A DNA stretch of 32,000 nucleotides. Source: Nostoc punctiforme PCC 73102. Its GTDB lineage: Bacteria; Cyanobacteriota; Cyanobacteriia; Cyanobacteriales; Nostocaceae. The number at the start of each line of letters is the position of its first letter. The first letter of the stretch is position 1. The notes beneath the pieces were generated by a model. That model was not told where the DNA came from. It did not search any database and was given only the letters and a program-made list of their open reading frames with translations. The stretch spans positions 3,300,001 to 3,332,000 of the forward strand of contig NC_010628.1 in NCBI RefSeq assembly GCF_000020025.1, in the 5' to 3' direction. The position numbers and the translations under genes are program-made. Positions 9,401 to 18,388 of the stretch are shown piece by piece.

Positions 9401-12025
9401 GTTGGCAATCTTGCCTTGGCACTAACTGACAAATTTAATATTAGCGACATCAAACCCACAGTATTTTATGTCGTAGGTGCTTTCATCACCTATTTGAAGT
9501 CTCCACTGCAAAAATCTTTGCAGTTAATGCTGGATGGTTACAAAATTGCTCTAGAAACTGGAAATGTATACTACGTAGGTTTCAATACCAAAGATATCTG
9601 CCAATATTCCTATTTTCTAGGTCGAGAGTTGAACTCGTTAGAGGAAGACATCCAGGCTTACTGTCATGTTTTGGAAAATTTTAAGCAAGGTACGACTCTA
9701 AACTATTGCCGTATCTTTTGGCAAACAGTTTTGAATTTGCTTGGTAAAGCTGAGAATCCCTGTATTATCACAGGCGAGGCGCTCAACGAAGCCGAATTTG
9801 TGAATCAACTGGTTCAAGCCAATGAGTTGACAGGGCTTCACTATTTCTTTCTCCACAAATTGATTCTCTGTTATCTGTTTGAAAACCTTTCTCAAGCAGT
9901 GGAAACAGCCGCTCAAGCCAGAGAATATCTAGTTGCGGGAACGGGCTATGCCACTGTACCGATGTTTTATTTTTATGATTCTCTGACGGCTTTAGCAGAG
10001 TATCGCACAGCTACGGCCTATCGCCGAGAAACATTACTGGAACGGGTGACAGAAAACCAGGAAAAGATGCAGACATGGGCGTACCACGCACCCATGAATT
10101 ATTTGCACAAATTTGAACTAGTGAAAGCCGAAGAGTGCCGAGTGTTGGGACAGATGGCCCAGGCAGTGGATCATTACGATCGCGCGATCGCACAGGCAAA
10201 AGCCAATAAATATATTCAGGAAGAAGCCCTCGCCAATGAACTGGCTGCCCGATTTTATTTAGAATGGAACAAAGAAGCGATCGCGCAAATTTATCTCGAA
10301 AATGCCTATTACACTTACCTTAGCTGGGGAGCGATCGCTAAAGTTAACCAGTTGGAACGCCAATATTCTCAATTATTGCTTAAGGTGTTTCAGCAGGATG
10401 AAACTACTTCTTCAACCCTTACTACTACAATCGGATTCAACCAAAGTAGTTCCACTGGGACTGAAGCATTAGATTTAGCAACGGTGATGAAAGCCTCTCA
10501 TGCACTGGCTGGAGAAATTGAGTTAGAAAAGCTGTTGACAACCCTGATGCAGGTTGTAATCGAAAATGCCGGGGCTGATAAATCAGTCCTTCTGCTGCTT
10601 CAAGAGGATAATTGGGTTGTTGTGGCTCAAAAAACTAGCCAAGCGATCTTTGAAGAAGAGCAATTTCTGCCACACCCTACGCCTACCGATGAAAACTTGG
10701 GGATAATAAACCTGCACTCCCTTCCTCTTTCAGCCAGTCAGGATGTTCCCAAAGCGGTTGTGAATTATGTCTCGCGTACCACCGAAACCCTAGTGTTAGA
10801 TGATGCTCGCAAGGAAACTACCTTCGCCAACGATCCCTACATCATTCTATGGCAACCCAAAAGCTTGCTATGTACGCCTATTCACAATCGTGGCCAACTA
10901 ATTGGCATCCTATACCTAGAAAACAGTTTGACAACTGGAGCCTTTACCCAAAACCGTCTTGAGGTTTTGCGGTTGCTCACAGCACAAGCTGCCATCTCGC
11001 TGCAAAATGCCATGTTGTATAACAATCTAGCTGTAGCAAAAGCTCAATTAGAAGATTACAACCATACTTTAGAGCAAAAGGTGGAGCAGAGAACTCTGGA
11101 GTTGAATGATAAAAATCAGCATCTCTCGGAAACTTTAGAGGAACTGCAACACACTCAAAGCCAACTGATTCAAACTGAAAAAATGTCTTCATTGGGACAA
11201 ATGGTAGCAGGTGTTGCCCATGAAATTAACAACCCGATTAACTTTATCTATGGCAACCTTACTTATACCAATGAGTATTGTCAAGATTTGCTGCATCTGG
11301 TTGAGCGGTATCAGCACTACTATCCTCAACCGTTTGTTGAGATTCAAGAAGAACTAGAAGCAATAGATTTAAACTTCCTCAAATCAGACTTACAAAAATT
11401 GCTGCAATCAATGAAAGTGGGAGCAGATCGCATCCGTCAAATTGTCCTTTCTCTCCGCAATTTCTCGCGTTTAGATGAGGCTGAAATGAAAAGTGTCAAT
11501 CTTCATGAAGGCATTGACAGCACCCTGTTAATTTTACACCACCGTCTAGAAGAGAAAGCACACCGCCCCGGAATCGATGTGATTAAGGAATATGCACAGT
11601 TGCCAGAAGTTAGTTGCTACGCCAGTCAGATCAATCAAGTATTCATGAATATTCTGAACAATGCTATTGATGCCTTGGATTCATCATTCACAACTGAAGA
11701 AAGACAAACAAAAATTCCCACTATCCAAATTCGTACCAAAATGACTGATGCTGATACAGTAACTATTCAAATTGCAGATAATGGGCCTGGGATGTGTGAC
11801 GAGGTGAAACAGCGCCTATTTGACCCATTTTTCACAACAAAACCTATAGGCACAGGAACAGGTTTAGGATTATCAATTAGCCACTCGATTGTAGAAAAAC
11901 ATGGGGGAAGACTAAGTGTAATATCCGAATCGGGAAAAGGAGCGGAGTTTTCTCTTTCTATACCTTTACATAATACAGTAGAGCAGGGAGCAGGGGGCAA
12001 GGGGAATGGAAAAAGAGCCAATTAA
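6422..12025 (+). CDS. Multidomain sensor: Ser/Thr protein kinase + AAA(16)-type ATPase + helical/TPR-like region + GAF + histidine kinase (HisKA/HATPase_c)
   Basis: Kinase catalytic loop IIHKDIKPANILI and TLAYLSPEQ; P-loop VAGSSGIGKTAIV; H-box AGVAHEINNPINF; N-box NILNNAIDA; G1 DNGPGM; G2 GTGTGLGLS. The ORF track starts at GTG 6365, but ATG 6422 (MVENRVDVPGYGIGERIY) fits the usual N-terminus of this family better. Confidence 0.9.
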   Translation: MVENRVDVPGYGIGERIYTSTRTLVYRGWREADQTPVVIKLLKNSYPSVIELAQFRNQYSITKILNVPGVVRIYSLENCQNRPALILEDFGGISLKEYTAFRRKGLGEIGNQENSSSLHPDFLTEFLQIAIALADILADLYHHEIIHKDIKPANILINPTTKQVKLIDFSIASLLPRVNQLSTSPTVLEGTLAYLSPEQTGRMNRGIDYRTDFYSLGVTFYELLTGQLPFQSDDLMELVHCHIAKQPPLLNDRGEIPQILCDIVMKLMAKNAEDRYQSALGLKHDLQICLDQLQSSGNITPFRLGRRDVCDRFAIPEKLYGRETEVAMLLATFERLRQGTSEMILVAGSSGIGKTAIVNEVHKPITRQRGYFIKGKFDQFNRNIPFFALVQAFRDLMAQLLTESDAQIDQWKTQILSTLGESGQVIIEVIPELERIIGKQPSLPELSGSAVQSRFNLLFQKFIQVFTTQEHPLVIFLDDLQWADSASLKLMHLLMSEASNSYLLVIGAYRDNEVFSAHPLMLTIEEMRQEAITVSNILLSALTETDLNQLIADTLKYSTEQATAIANLVYQRTKGNPFFTNQFLKSLHEDGLIAFASRTGDWQCNLVKIRALSFTEDIVEFVALQLHKLPPQTQDVLKLAACIGNQFDLETISVVYQKSPVQTAADLWPALKDELILPSGEGYTFFQDESVVMDDLTNDNTPIIITYKFFHDRIQQAAYSLIPDYQKPATHLKIGQLLLSNTPETEQELLIFEIVNQLNIGIELIASQTDRERLAQLNLLAGKKAKSSTAYQVAIEYLTTGIRLLRSDCWQSQYELTLALHESAADAAYLSGAYEQMEKLTQTVIQQAKTPLDQVGIYETKIQAYTAKNDVLGAIAIARQGMSKFGVVFPETPTPQDIQQALQETANLINGRDIAELVDLPVMVAAEKLAVTRIVANVAPAVYIADPNLFPLLVLSQVQASIEYGNAPFSAFCYGCYGILLSGILQDIETADRVGNLALALTDKFNISDIKPTVFYVVGAFITYLKSPLQKSLQLMLDGYKIALETGNVYYVGFNTKDICQYSYFLGRELNSLEEDIQAYCHVLENFKQGTTLNYCRIFWQTVLNLLGKAENPCIITGEALNEAEFVNQLVQANELTGLHYFFLHKLILCYLFENLSQAVETAAQAREYLVAGTGYATVPMFYFYDSLTALAEYRTATAYRRETLLERVTENQEKMQTWAYHAPMNYLHKFELVKAEECRVLGQMAQAVDHYDRAIAQAKANKYIQEEALANELAARFYLEWNKEAIAQIYLENAYYTYLSWGAIAKVNQLERQYSQLLLKVFQQDETTSSTLTTTIGFNQSSSTGTEALDLATVMKASHALAGEIELEKLLTTLMQVVIENAGADKSVLLLLQEDNWVVVAQKTSQAIFEEEQFLPHPTPTDENLGIINLHSLPLSASQDVPKAVVNYVSRTTETLVLDDARKETTFANDPYIILWQPKSLLCTPIHNRGQLIGILYLENSLTTGAFTQNRLEVLRLLTAQAAISLQNAMLYNNLAVAKAQLEDYNHTLEQKVEQRTLELNDKNQHLSETLEELQHTQSQLIQTEKMSSLGQMVAGVAHEINNPINFIYGNLTYTNEYCQDLLHLVERYQHYYPQPFVEIQEELEAIDLNFLKSDLQKLLQSMKVGADRIRQIVLSLRNFSRLDEAEMKSVNLHEGIDSTLLILHHRLEEKAHRPGIDVIKEYAQLPEVSCYASQINQVFMNILNNAIDALDSSFTTEERQTKIPTIQIRTKMTDADTVTIQIADNGPGMCDEVKQRLFDPFFTTKPIGTGTGLGLSISHSIVEKHGGRLSVISESGKGAEFSLSIPLHNTVEQGAGGKGNGKRAN
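11981..12004. repeat. G-rich left arm of the inverted repeat bracketing the four-helix-bundle gene
   Basis: gagcagggagcagggggcaagggg pairs imperfectly with the reverse complement of 12442-12474 (gagcaggggagcagggggcaggggggcaagggg). Confidence 0.65.
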
Positions 12026-12354
12026 AAGTCATGAAGATTTGGAAGTATACAAAATGGCCTTTGATGTTGCCATGAAAATTTTTGAACTGTCAAAAAAGTT
12101 TCCTGTGGAGGAGAAGTATTCATTGACTGATCAAATTCGTCGATCATCTCGTTCTGTTTGTGCAAATCTTGCAGTTCGCGAAGCGTTCCCGAAGGGTAGC
12201 ATGGAGAAAGCGTCGTTATGAAGCGGCTTTTGTGGCTAAATTGAACGATTGTGAATCGGAAGCGGCAGAAACCCAAACTTGGCTTAAATTCGCAGTTCAA
12301 TGCAATTATCTAAACGTTGAAACAGGCAGAGAACTTTATGAAACTTACAACTGA
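12006..12354 (+). pseudogene. Four-helix-bundle protein (23S rRNA intervening-sequence protein / DGR Avd-like family), frameshifted
   Basis: ORFs 12006-12221 and 12160-12354 join as ...DQIRRSSRSVCANLA / WRKRRYEAAFVAKLNDCESEAAETQTWLKFAVQCNYL. Between ANLA (ends 12173) and W (12202) there are 28 nt where family members usually have 6 (two codons, Glu-Ala), which implies a 22-nt insertion and a +1 shift. Confidence 0.8.
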
Positions 12355-12441
12355 GTTCTGGGCATTATAGTAACCATAATCAAAAATCCATCCCCCTGGC
12401 TCATCAAACGCTAAATTATTAATCATCCCCCTGTCCCTCTG

Positions 12442-12474
12442 CCCCTTGCCCCCCTGCCCCCTGCTCCCCTGCTC
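12442..12474. repeat. C-rich right arm of the inverted repeat, part of the C-rich tract 12427-12486
   Basis: ccccttgcccccctgccccctgctcccctgctc is the reverse complement partner of 11981-12004. The tract consists of reiterated ccctgc(t/c)cc units. Confidence 0.65.
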
Positions 12475-12485
12475 CCCTGCCCCCT

Positions 12486-14822
12486 TCAATCCACACTATC
12501 CGCAGGTAGAAACTCTTTGAGTGCTTCTGCCTGAACAGCCTTCAATACTGGAAGAGACAAAGGTAGTGAACTTGCGATCGCAAATAACTGTTCTATTTGA
12601 CTCAGACCTGTCAAGCTACCACATAATAATACTTGGTCGCCAACTCGCAAATCCATGCCGCCATCAGGATAGCGAATAAATTTACCATCGCGCCGGATCG
12701 CTTGTACCTGTACTCCAAATTGCTTGTTGATATCTAAATCTGCAAGGGTTTTACCTAGCGTTGGCGTATCTGCGTTAACTGTAACCCACTGGCAAGCACT
12801 ATTTTCTCCGGGAACAGCAGCTTGTCCCTTGGCGAATTCTGCCAAAGCTGCCAGTTCTTCATCTGCTCCCACTACCAGCAAGCGATCGCCATCTTCCAAT
12901 TTGGTTTGATTATTGGGATAATCGATTTCATCGCCGTTAGCGCGACGAATTGCCATCAAACTCGCTCCTGTTAAGTAGCGCATATCTGCTTCTTCTATGC
13001 TCATACCAATTAAGGGCGAATCTGCTGGGAGAGGATACCAGCGCTGATTTAAATCGCGGGTGGCTTGACGCAAATCACGAGCAACTTCAGTTGCAGAACG
13101 TTCTGGGCGCAAATCTAAATAATGATCGTTGCGGATTTGCTGCATTTCTCGTTGGACGACTGCCGACGACAACAAGCCTAAGCCAGTTAATAAATAGGTT
13201 GCCATTTCTAAGCTGGCTTCAAACTCTGGCTGTACCACTTCTCTAGCTCCCAATTGATACAGCACCTCAATATTTTTATCCTGGGTAGCACGGACAACTA
13301 AATCTAATTCTGGGCGCAATTCCAAGGCGCGTTTCAAGCAAAGACGAGTACTCATCGGGTCAGGGAGTGCGATCGCCATTCCTTTGGCATGATTCACTCC
13401 GGCGGTTTCCAAAACGTGTAAACTCACGCAATTGCCATAGACATAAGAGACCCCAGCCTCACGCAACTGCTGAATTCTGCTTTCTGATTGATCGATTACC
13501 ACCACAGGCAGGTTGTGTTGCAGCAACAACTTCACCAAATTTTTGCCGACTCGCCCATAACCGCAGACTACCACATGGTCTTTGAATGGTAAATCTTCTG
13601 ATACATCCAGTGCCTCTTGTTCTTCTAAGTACGGTTTCAACCAAGGCATTGATTCGGCAAAGTTAAACAAAAATGGTACTAACCGCAAGACAAAGGGAGT
13701 CAGCATGAGAGTAACTGCGGTGGTTCCCAAAATTAATAAGTATATCTGTCGAGATACCAGCCCCAAAGACTGCCCTTCACTGGCGAGAACAAAGGAAAAT
13801 TCCCCAATTTGTGCCAATCCCAAACCGGCGATTATGGCTGTTTTTAAAGGGTAGCGGAACAGCTTCACTAGGGGCGTGATAATCAAGAATTTACCGATGA
13901 AAACTAGTGCTACCAGCCCCAAAATTAATTCCAGATTGTTCCACAAAAACACTGGATCAATTAACATCCCAATGGCGGCAAAAAATAAACTGGCAAAGAT
14001 ATCTCGCAGTGGTTCGACATAAGTTAGGGTTTGATCGGCGTACTCCACCTCAGAAATCATCAAACCCGCGACAAATGCCCCCATTTCAATCGACAGCCCC
14101 AAATGCTCTGTCAACAGGGCAATGCCCAAACATAAAGCTACAACCCCTAATAAAAATAGTTCTCGGCTTTCAGTACGGGCTAACAGTCGCAACAAAGGCG
14201 GTATCAGCCACATCCCCGCAGCTACTGCACCAGCAGCAAATAAAGCAATCCACAGTAGGGCTGTTAGCACGGCGATGCCAATAGTTTCTGCTGGTTGGTT
14301 GAGGGCTGGTAAAACTGCTAGCATCAGTCCCAGTGCCAAGTCTTGGACTACCAAAATCCCCAACATCACTTGTCCGTGGGGCGTTTCTGTTTCATTGCGT
14401 TCCATCAAGCACTTGAGGACAACCGCAGTGGAAGACAAGGATAGAATACATCCCAAAAACATCCCCTTAGCAGGTAAGGTTCCCCAGGCCCCGCTTAACC
14501 CAGATACCACAACTGTTACCAAAATTGTCAAAGCAATCTGGAGTCCACCTCCACCAAGAGCGATCGCTTTTACCTTCTTGAGTTCCGCAAAGGAAAATTC
14601 TACACCCAAGGCGAATAACAAAAAGGCGACACCGAACTGTGCCAGAGTCTCTACTTGAATAACTTCTTTAATCAGTCCCAGTCCGGCTGGCCCAACGATC
14701 ATCCCGCCAATGAGATACCCTAGCAACACGGGTTGTCGCAAAAGTGCCGCCAACAATCCACCACAGGCTGCAACGCCCAAAACTAAAACTAAATCAACAA
14801 TTAGCCTAAAATCTTCTTGCAC
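12486..14822 (-). CDS. Monovalent cation:proton antiporter-2 (CPA2) family, Kef-type K+ efflux/antiport protein with RCK (TrkA-N + two TrkA-C) domains
   Basis: 778-aa ORF. The N-terminal roughly 400 aa are polytopic hydrophobic, as in the Na+/H+ exchanger fold. The Rossmann motif is VVVCGYGRVGKNL. Two TrkA-C-like segments follow (GDRLLVVG..., GDQVLLCG...). Confidence 0.9.
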   Translation of the reverse strand: MQEDFRLIVDLVLVLGVAACGGLLAALLRQPVLLGYLIGGMIVGPAGLGLIKEVIQVETLAQFGVAFLLFALGVEFSFAELKKVKAIALGGGGLQIALTILVTVVVSGLSGAWGTLPAKGMFLGCILSLSSTAVVLKCLMERNETETPHGQVMLGILVVQDLALGLMLAVLPALNQPAETIGIAVLTALLWIALFAAGAVAAGMWLIPPLLRLLARTESRELFLLGVVALCLGIALLTEHLGLSIEMGAFVAGLMISEVEYADQTLTYVEPLRDIFASLFFAAIGMLIDPVFLWNNLELILGLVALVFIGKFLIITPLVKLFRYPLKTAIIAGLGLAQIGEFSFVLASEGQSLGLVSRQIYLLILGTTAVTLMLTPFVLRLVPFLFNFAESMPWLKPYLEEQEALDVSEDLPFKDHVVVCGYGRVGKNLVKLLLQHNLPVVVIDQSESRIQQLREAGVSYVYGNCVSLHVLETAGVNHAKGMAIALPDPMSTRLCLKRALELRPELDLVVRATQDKNIEVLYQLGAREVVQPEFEASLEMATYLLTGLGLLSSAVVQREMQQIRNDHYLDLRPERSATEVARDLRQATRDLNQRWYPLPADSPLIGMSIEEADMRYLTGASLMAIRRANGDEIDYPNNQTKLEDGDRLLVVGADEELAALAEFAKGQAAVPGENSACQWVTVNADTPTLGKTLADLDINKQFGVQVQAIRRDGKFIRYPDGGMDLRVGDQVLLCGSLTGLSQIEQLFAIASSLPLSLPVLKAVQAEALKEFLPADSVD

Positions 14823-15057
14823 CAGTTTTAAAAGAACTATTTATTAAGACCTATTAATTCAGGATACAAAGTTTTACGATCTCAAACAGCTTGTTTGGTG
14901 AACAGACAACAAAATTTGCACTAGTTAAGCAGTAAATATCAAGCTTTTTGAAGTTAATTTGCAGTTTGTGACATATATCTCGTTACAATTACAATTAGTA
15001 CTAATTTTCATAGACATTAGAGATGCTGAAACCTATAATTACAGGTCGTTACAGCTA

Positions 15058-15561
15058 CTAATGTATAGAGATTCCAGTTTTCTGTGAGCTAAATAGTGGC
15101 TGCTGACAATTACCAAGCAACAAAACTTGACAGGCTGTTTTAGCTATCATTTCAGCAGTCGGGTTATCCCTTGATGGTGTTCCCTTTACTTGCTTTTGTA
15201 GGCTACACAGCATCAGCCCAGCGGCTGACTCGAATGCAACTCCATACTTGGATGCAATATGGTACTCTAATTCATTAAGAGTCTATGATTCTTTTGTTAA
15301 GAGCCATTCGGTTATCTTTACACGTTGCTGTTGGTATAAAATTCCAATACTTCCTTTATGTGCTAGCTTTAGACCCTCAACTCCATGAAGGAAAAATGCC
15401 TTTTTATACTTACTGATAAAAGCAGACGAGACCCCCAGTATAGGCATAATCGCCTCATGCTTGTACCCTGAGAGTAACATCTTGACTGCGTTGGCGAAGC
15501 CTTGCCGAAGGCATCGCTCGTTTGACCTCACGTCCCAACACTGTTGGCAATCGCTATACAA
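15058..15561 (-). pseudogene. IS630-family transposase N-terminal (HTH) remnant with an in-frame TAG; no DDE domain present
   Basis: ORF 15283-15561 (…MLLSGYKHEAIMPILGVSSAFISKYKK…GLKLAHKGS…ITEWLL) continues in the same frame past its stop as TLNELEYHIASKYGVAFES…NPTAEMIAK until 15058. This resembles the HTH/winged-helix N-terminal part of IS630 transposases, as I recall them. Confidence 0.45.
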
Positions 15562-15810
15562 GTCATTAGAGACATTTTTACCCTAGTTGGGGTTAAAAGT
15601 AGCCAAAACGCATTTTGCCGCTATGCGTCGTCTGAAAATCCTACTCACATTATGTTTCAGCAAAAATTTGACTTTAAGCTAAAAATTAGGATTTGGCAAA
15701 GCAAGGGCATGGGGTATTGGGAGTTTTGAGGTTGTTCACGAGTATCAAAGACTCATTAACGAAGTTAAAAGGTGGGTGAACCGAGTTTTCTAACACCTGC
15801 TAAATATCCA

Positions 15811-16788
15811 TTAAATTTTAGGTGAGCTAAGGGCACTCAGTAATAGGAGTGACCACGGCATTTTAATATCGGGTATGAGCCATGAATAGTTTCTCAGTAT
15901 AGGTAATGCAGTCGGTAGCACAAAACGTAAAGAGCGTAGTGATGCGGGCCGATCGCCATTTTCATCGACAATCCCATATTTATCAGCTAGTTCGGCAACA
16001 ATCTGCACACGTCCTGTACGGAGCATTAAATTTGGTTCACAAGCAAGTGCAGCAATTACCCGTCCAGTTAATAAGGGAGTTTCCCAGTTGTAGCGATCGC
16101 TAATTAATGAGTTTTTTGGCTCAGTAGCATTGGTTTGATTCATCTCAGAAGCAAAACGGGAAAAAAGCTCAGTACCAACAATACCTGGCCAAATTGAAAC
16201 AGAAGCGACATTATGAGGTTTTAACTCAACAGCCATATCAGCCGCTAGGCGATCGCAAGCTGCTTTCCCAACACCATAAGCTGTATTAAAGATGTGAAAC
16301 ATACTGCCCCACGAGGAAATGGTGCAAATTAGTCCAGATTTACGCTTGGTCATCATTCGCGCAGCAAAAACACTCGCTACATAGTGGCTACGAAGACCAA
16401 CGTTGTTACTTGCATCCCACAGATTTGGTTCACAATCCCAAAAGGGCTGCCCAAAAGCGTTTCTTATTGCCTCAACTCCTGAGTAAGCATTATTCACCAA
16501 TAGGTCGAGTTGTCCATCCTGCTCATCTTGGATGCGCTCAAACAGTAAACGCACCTGCTCATCGTCGCTGTGGTCTACTTGGACGGGAATACACACACCA
16601 CCTGCTTCCTCTATAGTTGATTGGGTTTCACTAAGACTCCCTGAAACTGCATCACTAGAGGAGTTGTTAAGGCTGCGTCCCGTGACGTATACAGTTGCCC
16701 CAGCCTCAGCCAAACCAATAGCAATTCCCCTACCAATTCCCCGCGTAGCACCTGTTACCAATGCCACTCTATCCTCAAGGTGTTTCAC
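15811..16788 (-). CDS. SDR family (short-chain dehydrogenase/reductase) oxidoreductase
   Basis: Cofactor motif TGATRGIGRGIA, NNAY, and catalytic YGVGKAA (YxxxK). Confidence 0.9.
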   Translation of the reverse strand: MKHLEDRVALVTGATRGIGRGIAIGLAEAGATVYVTGRSLNNSSSDAVSGSLSETQSTIEEAGGVCIPVQVDHSDDEQVRLLFERIQDEQDGQLDLLVNNAYSGVEAIRNAFGQPFWDCEPNLWDASNNVGLRSHYVASVFAARMMTKRKSGLICTISSWGSMFHIFNTAYGVGKAACDRLAADMAVELKPHNVASVSIWPGIVGTELFSRFASEMNQTNATEPKNSLISDRYNWETPLLTGRVIAALACEPNLMLRTGRVQIVAELADKYGIVDENGDRPASLRSLRFVLPTALPILRNYSWLIPDIKMPWSLLLLSALSSPKI

Positions 16789-17052
16789 GATCGCTTTTCC
16801 CTGTGGTTAATTTATTTAAAGCCGGAGAACCCCAGCCTTAAAAAAGGCAAAAACCCCTCAAAGTCCCCCTTTGTTTAGGGGGATTTAGGAGGATCTACAA
16901 CTACGAATAATATCTACCACTCAATCTAAGTAAGTTGGCGCGAAAAAATCAAGTATGTTACGAAACGCAAATAGGCTTAAAACCCTTAATAATGACAAAT
17001 GACGAAGGACAAATGACAGCCCTAGCCAGTTATCTTTAATTGCGCCGACCTA

Positions 17053-17994
17053 CTAACCAATTAATTTCTGCCAGCTAGCAGGCCCAACAATCCCATCGGC
17101 ATCTAAACCATTTTGCTTTTGAAAGTTCTTGACTACAACCTCTGTTTGTGGGCCGTAAACACCATCATTCTCAACACCTAAACGGTATTGTAAATATCTA
17201 ACAACTGCACCACCAGCATGGTTTGGTCTGATAATTCGTTTTGCCAAAATTAGATTTATGGCATTCCATGTAGTTGAGTCAGCAATTCCAGTTGTCTGAA
17301 CTCCGATAATAGCCTGAAATTTTTCTACAGCAGATTTGGTGTTAGCCCCAGTGAAGCCATCTTCTACTAATGCATTACCATTTTTATCAGTTATTTTGAG
17401 TCGATTTAAGGATTTTTGCAGTCTGAGAATCGTAGCATCTACATTCTCTTCTTCATCTGGTACGGGGTTAACAGGAGTACTTGGTACTTTACCAGTTAAG
17501 CCTTTGACGATCGCATTGGCCATTGCTTCAGGGTTAAAAAGATTCACATCTTTTTGCGAATCGATGAAGCAGCATTCAACAAGAATTGCAGGCATATCTG
17601 TATTCTTTAGAACATACAAGTGAGAACCACTCTTAACGCCACGATTAAAAAATCCCAACTTGACGATTTCATCTAATACAGGTTTAGCGATTTTTCTGCC
17701 TGTATCGCTAGTTGCAAATACTTCTGTCCCATTAGCCTGTCCATTAAAACAGTTAAAGTGAATTGAGACATAAATATCTACTTTACTGCCATTGGCTGTA
17801 GAACATCTTTTTGAGAGAGATTCAGTTACTGTACGCGCACTACTCGGTCTACATACTACGACTTCATTGCCTAAAGCTCTTAACTTGGCGATGACTCTAT
17901 TACCGACATCGAGAGTTAAATTATCCTCAAATTTAATCCCACTTGCTCCTGTATCTGGTGGACAATTGTGCCCGCTATCAATTCCAAATTTCAT
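17053..17994 (-). CDS. N-acetylmuramoyl-L-alanine amidase (Amidase_3) with two C-terminal peptidoglycan-binding (PG_binding_1-like) repeats
   Basis: Motifs GIDSGHN, VSIHFN, GTEVF and LVECCFIDS. C-terminal repeats are DGFTGANTKSAVEKFQ and DGVYGPQTEVVVKNFQKQNGLDADGIVGPASW. No N-terminal signal peptide is evident. Confidence 0.9.
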   Translation of the reverse strand: MKFGIDSGHNCPPDTGASGIKFEDNLTLDVGNRVIAKLRALGNEVVVCRPSSARTVTESLSKRCSTANGSKVDIYVSIHFNCFNGQANGTEVFATSDTGRKIAKPVLDEIVKLGFFNRGVKSGSHLYVLKNTDMPAILVECCFIDSQKDVNLFNPEAMANAIVKGLTGKVPSTPVNPVPDEEENVDATILRLQKSLNRLKITDKNGNALVEDGFTGANTKSAVEKFQAIIGVQTTGIADSTTWNAINLILAKRIIRPNHAGGAVVRYLQYRLGVENDGVYGPQTEVVVKNFQKQNGLDADGIVGPASWQKLIG

Positions 17995-18357
17995 AATTTC
18001 ATCCTCAAATTACTTACTTTTTCCACTAGTTCAAAACTCTTCTAATTATATAGACAAAGTTTTGTTCATAAATTTGTTGAAGTACTTGTTCGCAATGTCC
18101 GCATTGTTTTAAGCATTACTACGCTAGCAGACAAAATAATTTTTTTTGCGAACCCGAACAGCAAATTTATATGCTAAAATACCTTGATTAAAAGGTATAT
18201 TTTCACCAAAAACACAACCATTATAATTTATCAAAATCGGGAATAACAAGTTAATTTTTGCAATAATTTTCAATGCAGCAATTGCCTTCATTATTCAGAT
18301 AATAACGCTTTAGAAAAGTAGAAAGCTATAAAAAACATACCTAGTACCGCAAGGCGG

Positions 18358-18388
18358 AAGTCAAAAGTCAAAAGTCAAAAGTCAAAAG
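18358..18388. repeat. Heptamer tandem repeat (AGTCAAA x4 plus a partial unit), STRR-like
   Basis: Direct reading: agtcaaa agtcaaa agtcaaa agtcaaa agt. Confidence 0.9.

Noticed and set aside
12724-14658. Several plus-strand ORFs (61-178 aa) within 12724-14658
   Set aside because: All are antisense to the 778-aa Kef-type antiporter gene. Their products are Ser/Pro/Ala/Arg-rich, as is typical of antisense frames of membrane-protein genes.
15544-15729. 61-aa plus-strand ORF next to the IS630 remnant
   Set aside because: It has no motif and no ribosome-binding context, and it overlaps the remnant's 5' end. It is probably a chance ORF.
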